From positions 62,001 to 126,000 of the forward strand of contig BCKZ01000024.1 in assembly GCA_001600815.1 (NCBI GenBank): a DNA stretch of 64,000 nt, in the 5' to 3' direction. This DNA is from Alloascoidea hylecoeti (lineage: Eukaryota). Shown piece by piece: positions 57,865 to 64,000 of the stretch. How positions within the stretch are numbered: the stretch's first letter is position 1; each line of letters opens with the position of its first letter. The notes below the pieces were generated by a model. It saw only the letters and a list, made by a program, of their open reading frames with translations. It had not been told where the DNA came from and searched no databases. The position numbers were made by a program, and so were the translations under genes.

Positions 57865-59191
57865 TTATAAAATTTCTCTTGTACTATTGTCGGACCCAAA
57901 GGTCAAATATGAATGATCACCAATCTTTCTAGGACTAACCAGATGTTTGATCAAGAAAACTATGCCGAGAAAAGCACATAGAATTCCAACCACCAAATAA
58001 CAAATCCCCAAGGTCAAGTTTCTACCTCCAATCAGTGTTTCGGTCCTAATGACCATATATTTCTTACCACCAAAAATCGACACGGGGTAGTTCATTACCA
58101 CATCCACCTGATATTGTCCGTTTGCCATCTTCTCTGTGTCGTTCCTTAATGCGAGTTTCTCAAAGGTAGGGACTCCCGAGGTCCTCATCCAGTTCATAAG
58201 CTCTTCACTCTCTCCTATTTCAGTCAAGTCGGCATCAGTGTAACCATCAGGATATTTAGCTACCCAGTTAGGAGGAGGCACAATATCATCGACACTATAT
58301 TTAGACTTTTGTATTCGCTTCTTGTCAGAGGGCCATGCAATTCCTTTATTCGTCATATAATATGTTTCATTGTTGGCCGAATTTCCAGCTGCATTTAACA
58401 ATATTGGAGAACTGAAAGTATCATTAAACATGGAGTTGGCGATCTTACCGCATGGATAGTATATCTTCCCTGCTGAGTTTGTTCTAAAAGGTTTGCAATC
58501 ACTCGTTAAAACGCTTCCTTTTACGGCACTTCCCCTTAATTGATCGTAGTCATAAGACGTTTCGTATTTCCTGTGATTTTGATAAAAGCTAGAGAGTCTG
58601 TAGTACAAGAAAACAGGGGCACTGATGTTGTTTGGTATGTCAAATTGAAGGTGACAGGTTGTTACGTTATTGCCATTAGAATCATCTTCAAATGTGGCTT
58701 TCCAGGTAGGTGAGTTGCTCATGGAAGAAGTGAAATGGGTACTATAATACTTCGAAGGAATCTCTGTGTAATTACCCGTTGCCTCTGTAGCGCAATGTGA
58801 ATAATTTATGGCAATTTCTTGCGGTTTCATTCCAGCATAAAGTAACAAGCCTCCAATCGGGGCAAAAATGACCATGAATATGAGGAACAATGGAAGGGTT
58901 GATTTCGGTGTCAACACAGGCCTTTCAAGTTAAAAACTCGGTTCGTTAGATTTCTTAAATTCAAAGTCTTAAATATTTTGCTCCTGACAATACTTACTGC
59001 CATGATTTAAGTCTCTGCTGCCGAAACGCAGTATCTAAAAGATTGAAAAAGTGATTAGTTACCGAAACAGAGGAACATGATTGTTTTGCCAGAGAGGCTG
59101 TTGACATACTCGGAGGTTTGCGAGACTTCTGAAAAGGATCTAGTCCCTCGTCGTCGCTATCTGTTGTACGCCTTCGCTTGAATAAAGCCAT
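57865..59191 (-). CDS. CDC50: P4-ATPase flippase beta subunit; exons 59191-59110, 59034-58998, 58921-57865
   Basis: SRKPP|NTAFRQQRLKSWQ|PVLTPK, FYQNHRKY, YYPCG.IANSMFND, WMRT and GGRN motifs; two transmembrane segments. Confidence 0.93.
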
Positions 59192-59381
59192 GGTATTTTG
59201 TATGTAACCTGTTCTCCTTACAAAATTACTATCAAGTGTTTGGGTGAATGGGTGTTCGGAGATTATCTTAGCTTTTCAGGGTCCACTTATTAAGATAATA
59301 ATATAATAATCATTAAACAATGTATGCTACGTCGTTATTTTATATATACTAAAGCTATCAATTATTTATTGGGTTATGCAA

Positions 59382-61301
59382 TTAATGATCACTTGGTTGT
59401 TGCTCCTGCAAAAGTGTGCTTGATGATGTTTCCTCCTCTTGATATTCATCTAGATCTTCAAACACTGTTGATGTGGTCTCACCAGGAATTTGATATACAA
59501 ATTCTTCTTCTGGGTCAAGACTAGAAAAGCCATAAATGGCTATAGATGTAATCCCTGCAAGTCCAAAAAGCGTAGCAATCGTAATTGCAATATAACCTTT
59601 AAGTGTGAAAACCCCTCGAATAATAGCCGGTTGAACATTCTCTCCCCTTAAATCCAAAAATTCTTTGGAATTTCCAGCAGCATTACCTGATGTTGCAATT
59701 TTGGAATCTTCACAAACTTTGTTATAATTATCAGTTAATTTATTTTGTTTTTGAATCTCTAAAGGTGACTCAACAATTGTTAGAGCCAGACCTTGGATCA
59801 TATGCCAATCAATGTGACAGTGAAAGAACCAGACACCGGGATTATCAGCTCTAAACCTCAGTACAGCGTAGCCATCTCCATTAACGAAAACAGTATCACG
59901 CTTGAGTGGGACTTGGGGACGTTCCTTATGATTGGAAGGATCAAAAATAACTGGCTCTTCCTCGTCTGATCTTTCGATCAATTGAAATACATGGCCATGC
60001 AAATGGAATGGATGGGTACCTGCATCTTTGTTGTTGATTACAATGTCAATAACCTCATTAGGATTCAAAACAAATGTGTTAGTATTAGAACCATAAATTG
60101 TGGCCTGGTCTGCAAGTTCTCCAGACGTCATGACAGTAGTTAAAGTAGGAACTTTTGGAGCAACATAAGTTAAATTGTTAAAAAAAGCGTAATTAACGCC
60201 ATTTATCAAGTTATCCATCGTAACATCCACAGTAATAGTATAATCTGCGTCCGGTAATAATTCTTCTTCATCTAATGGTTGTAAATAAAAATCATCTAAA
60301 TATTCGAAATTCGGTTCATCCTTATCATTATCTATTTCTGGTGGAGATGGGAGTTCTGCATCAGGATTATAAACAAGCCAATTAGAAGTAGTAAAAACCA
60401 TATCGTCATATGTTATATCAAGCATCCCAGAGTCATAGTGTGTAACTATATTATAGTTTTTATCCGATGAGCTTTTGGTAGTCAATAGGAAGGCATATCT
60501 TTGACCAGTTGTAAGATAAAGCATATTAGTTGTGTTTGGTTTAACATAAACACCATCAACTTCAACAACTGTCAATTCATGGTCTTGAATCCAAAAATAT
60601 TGGGAAACAAATCCGCCTAAATTTATCAAATGAACAAGATATGTTGTATCAGGCTTAATATTCCAAGTGACATTACTACTATCATTAAACAACAAATTTT
60701 GTGGTATAGGCTCTGCACCTGTAGGGTTGTAAATGCTCATAAAGTGTTTCTGTAATACATCAGTTTCTTGGTGATACCAATCCGATACCGTTAGCACCGT
60801 TTCTTCCGAGTATGCATCAGTATATGGATGATCATCTTCGTGGATAATCAAAGGGCCTCTGAAACCGTCTGGGTATTGGCCACTAGTATGAGAATGGTAC
60901 CAATATGTTCCAGCCTGTTGAAAAGTAAAATCATAAAGAAAACTCGAGCCAGGGGAGATCGGACATTGCGTAACCATTTCAGGACCGTCCATTTGATTAG
61001 TGCCATTTTGGAACAAACCGTGGAAATGCAACGAAGTGGTTTGATCACCTAGACCATTTGTCAAATTGAGTATGATACGATCACCTTTGTTGACTTCAAG
61101 CGTTGGCCATGGCCACTCACCGTTACAGGCAATAACCCGTCTTTCTTTAACGCCATCTGGGTTTGCATTTATCCAACTTGCGGTCCAGTTGAAAGTATGT
61201 GTTTTCGCGTATGACAGATTTATGAAGGATAAAATGAGCACCGATAGTGACACTAATGAGAAAGGCATTCTCCTAGAATTCTTCATCATTATGATAACCA
61301 T
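59382..61301 (-). CDS. FET3: Multicopper ferroxidase (the start may be one of several downstream Met codons)
   Basis: Copper motifs HFHG, WYHSH, HPFHLHGH and HCHIDWH; NPTGAEPIP; signal peptide; C-terminal transmembrane segment. Confidence 0.92.
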   Translation of the reverse strand: MVIIMMKNSRRMPFSLVSLSVLILSFINLSYAKTHTFNWTASWINANPDGVKERRVIACNGEWPWPTLEVNKGDRIILNLTNGLGDQTTSLHFHGLFQNGTNQMDGPEMVTQCPISPGSSFLYDFTFQQAGTYWYHSHTSGQYPDGFRGPLIIHEDDHPYTDAYSEETVLTVSDWYHQETDVLQKHFMSIYNPTGAEPIPQNLLFNDSSNVTWNIKPDTTYLVHLINLGGFVSQYFWIQDHELTVVEVDGVYVKPNTTNMLYLTTGQRYAFLLTTKSSSDKNYNIVTHYDSGMLDITYDDMVFTTSNWLVYNPDAELPSPPEIDNDKDEPNFEYLDDFYLQPLDEEELLPDADYTITVDVTMDNLINGVNYAFFNNLTYVAPKVPTLTTVMTSGELADQATIYGSNTNTFVLNPNEVIDIVINNKDAGTHPFHLHGHVFQLIERSDEEEPVIFDPSNHKERPQVPLKRDTVFVNGDGYAVLRFRADNPGVWFFHCHIDWHMIQGLALTIVESPLEIQKQNKLTDNYNKVCEDSKIATSGNAAGNSKEFLDLRGENVQPAIIRGVFTLKGYIAITIATLFGLAGITSIAIYGFSSLDPEEEFVYQIPGETTSTVFEDLDEYQEEETSSSTLLQEQQPSDH

Positions 61302-61630
61302 CCAAAAATACTTGAAGAAGAAAAATTAGATGTAGGGGATAAAGAAGATGTTATAAGAGGCATGCAGATGCCTGCTTGAAAAACCTTATTGGTGTGCGTT
61401 GACCAATAGATCTCTGATTAATTATGATTATATAATAGAACTGGGTTCATCTCACTATATTAATTTTTAAATTGAAAGGGGATTGGAAAGGTTGTAGTAA
61501 TTAGTTCTTGGATCTAATTTAATAGAAATTTTAGATTGTTTGTGGGCAAACTGTGGCAAGCAACTATACACCTTTGTATTTAAATTATCATTGTGTAGGC
61601 TTAATGGAAAAAACTTTAAAGAATCCTAAC

Positions 61631-61670
61631 CCATTCCACTTAGTTTCGGCCATGGACTAAATATTCGGCC
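61631..61670 (+). repeat. Left-end copy of the TIR motif (possible second element remnant extending rightward)
   Basis: CCATTCCACTTAGTTTCGGCCA is identical over 22 bp to 4739-4760 and is followed by a shared GGACTA..AATATT..GGCC. Confidence 0.7.
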
Positions 61671-63403
61671 TCCTTTTCATCCTCATTACTACATTAATTA
61701 ATTACTTTCTCTATTCCAAAAAAAATATTAATAGGATTGAGAAATCCTTGGGACACAAATTTCACTACGACGTTTATGAGATTACATTTGTATGGCTAAT
61801 CGTTGATTCCATAACAAGTCTTAGCGATCACTAACATAGTGTCATATGTTCTTCGTGATCAATGCAATACGTATAAGCTCATTGAGCACGAGGTCTAAAC
61901 CTGTAGTTAGTTAAATTTAAATGTAAGAGCATTGGAACAAGATCAATTTGTGCCTTTCTGCAATTGATGTTACAAGCTAGCGCTATTTAATTAGTAACTT
62001 CATTATATAAAAAACCAATTGAATTTGAATATTAATACTTCTCTACTGCTAAACTAATTTTCATAACCATTTCAACCTTGAACAATATATATGTTCTATG
62101 TAACTACTTGACAACGTATTCCACACTTTCTCTAGATTAATTATGGGAAAATTTTTAATCGTGGTATGATATTGGTCCAGCCCCGGTAGTACTTAACCCA
62201 AATTGACTTCCAAAATTACTCATTGAACTAATATGGAATTATTCACATCCTACTCTATAGCTACAAGTATATTGCTTCATTGATTAATATAGGACATCTG
62301 ACTATGGGCTAAATCAAAACTAGGGCCAGCACCACATGGTAAACTGATTAAGGACCTTAAGCCTTATTACATGCCAATTACGAAGACTTTCTTGCAGACC
62401 ACTTACTGATTCTCCCTATAGAGCGCTACTTGAGTAATTAACTTCTTTGTTATTTTGCATTTTTACCTAATATGTTATTACTAATTTCAAACGATTGACC
62501 GATCCGTTAATCGATCCTCAAACATTTAGTTAACATTCCTAAGAAATAAAGTTATAGGAATAAGTGGGAAACTACAGAATTCTAGATTCGCCCTTCAACC
62601 AAATTTGAATTTTAAAACATTATGTGTATCTATTGTCGATCTATACATTCAGATGAAGTAATAACAATACTTAGTACAACGTTAAGTTGTCAACTACCCT
62701 ATAACAATTACAAACATGCTACATGTAAATTATAGGCCTATACAATTATTATTTATTTAGATGTGTCGACCCATCAAAACGAACTATTAAATAAAAGACA
62801 AGCGCCAAAAAGCACCATCACTAATAGTACATTCTGCAGGGTTGGCAAAACAAAAAGTTTTCCGATATATGGGATTCGTTTACCGATTCAGTCTCACAGT
62901 TGTAGTTAACAACTATTGGCACAGCTCCGGAGATAATATCCCAAAATAAGCAACTCTTTTAACTAGAGCACTAGTATTCGCATTGAAAAATGACAAATTA
63001 TAAAATCATTTGTAAAAGAAACCAAATTGAAAATGAAAATGAAAATAAAATAGAAATTTAAAATTAAAGATATAAAACTATGAAATTAGAACATGAACCA
63101 GAAAAGTAAAGAACAAAAGAGAATAAGGAGAACGAAAAAGTTTTTAAAGACTTATCCTAATGCCGGGTAATTGAACATCGGATCTTTGCTCTAATTTTGG
63201 TAGCCCTGATCTGTAGCTTTACTTGTGTTTATAATACGATTTAATTATACTAGAACTTATAATTATTAAGGAAATTCAATTCCACTAAGTAAGACGATTC
63301 TAGTATAGTCCAATTGCAATATAATGGCAATATTTTTCCGTATTTTTACATGTGTGGCAAGCAATGATGTATTTGTTAATCTGAAAAAAAAAACGCAGCT
63401 AGC

Positions 63404-63441
63404 TTACCCGGTCGATCAATCGCAAGCTGACGGTTGAGTCA
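63404..63441 (+). promoter_or_regulatory. Reb1-like TTACCCGG and Gcn4-type TGAGTCA sites in the LYS9 promoter
   Basis: TTACCCGG at 63404 and TGAGTCA at 63435-63441, upstream of an amino-acid biosynthesis gene. Confidence 0.6.
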
Positions 63442-63522
63442 TATCTATTCACAGACGCAATTTATTCGTTCCTTTCTTCTACTTTTTCTCTAGTTTTTCC
63501 GTCATTTTTCAATAGGTGTATA

Positions 63523-64000
63523 ATGTCCAAGTATGTATTCTTCCATTTTCGTTGAACTTTATATCGCAACAATTGAAGTAATCCGAAAAGTGAATGAAAA
63601 TTACTAACTATGTGATAGATCTGTTTTACTTCTTGGTTCTGGTTTCGTTGCTAAACCAACTGTTGATATCTTATCCTCTACCCCTGGTGTCAATGTTACA
63701 GTCGGTAAGTTATTTGAGGGAAATTTTATCCATCAATTGCCTTTGTGTTCTTGTTAATGACTAACTTTTGATAGCATGCCGAACATTATCCAAAGCTAAG
63801 GAATTGGCTGGTGACAAAGCCAAGGCAATCTCTTTAGATGTTACTGATGAGTCAGCTCTTGATGCTGAGCTCGCAAAGCATGACCTTGTGATCTCCTTGA
63901 TTCCTTACATTTATCATGCTACTGTTGTCAAGAGTGCAGTGAAAAATAAAATAAATGTTGTTACAACCTCATATATTTCCCCTGCTTTGAAAGAATTAGA
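63523..64000 (+). CDS. LYS9: Saccharopine dehydrogenase (NADP+, glutamate-forming), 5' part; exons 63523-63530, 63619-63704, 63775 to the window end
   Basis: MSK|SVLLLGSGFVAKPTVDIL...VTV|ACRTLSKA...DLVISLIPYIYH..VVKSA......VVTTSYISPALKEL; absent from the ORF track. Confidence 0.95.

Noticed and set aside
63161..63186. tRNA T-arm-like sequence on the minus strand
   Set aside because: No cloverleaf or A box is present; it is better explained as a CCGGGTAA Reb1-like site.

Overview
This is an AT-rich, moderately intron-rich budding-yeast (Saccharomycotina-like) chromosomal segment using the standard code (CTG sits at conserved Leu positions). It holds about 28 protein genes, mostly housekeeping: VMA1 (5' end), ERG6, a degenerate TBC/Sbe2-like gene, two tandem small orphan paralogs, HDA2/3, a divergent SEC23, a GH76 without a signal peptide, RUS1/DUF647, an RGS gene, a TCP11-like gene, an F-box gene, a MetR/Met28-type bZIP, an ACOT9-like thioesterase, USE1, KEX1, an orphan, COA6, MOCS1 (MoaA plus a disrupted MoaC), RPL28, a methyltransferase-like gene, NOG2 (with an intronic snR191-type H/ACA snoRNA), POP2/CAF1, BRE5/NXT3, UBC1, CDC50, FET3 and LYS9 (5' end). 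The most notable observations are: an intact MoaA next to a doubly frameshifted MoaC; a strongly structured RNA with mutually exclusive stems in the BRE5/NXT3 5'UTR intron; four copies of one TIR-like motif, two of which bound an ~820-bp element; extreme GC gradients inside single ORFs; a 7-nt micro-exon in UBC1; an apparently catalytically dead Caf1; and palindrome-rich gene-free stretches. I see no clear multi-gene novel system, biosynthetic cluster or CRISPR array. All family assignments come from motif recognition, not database searches.
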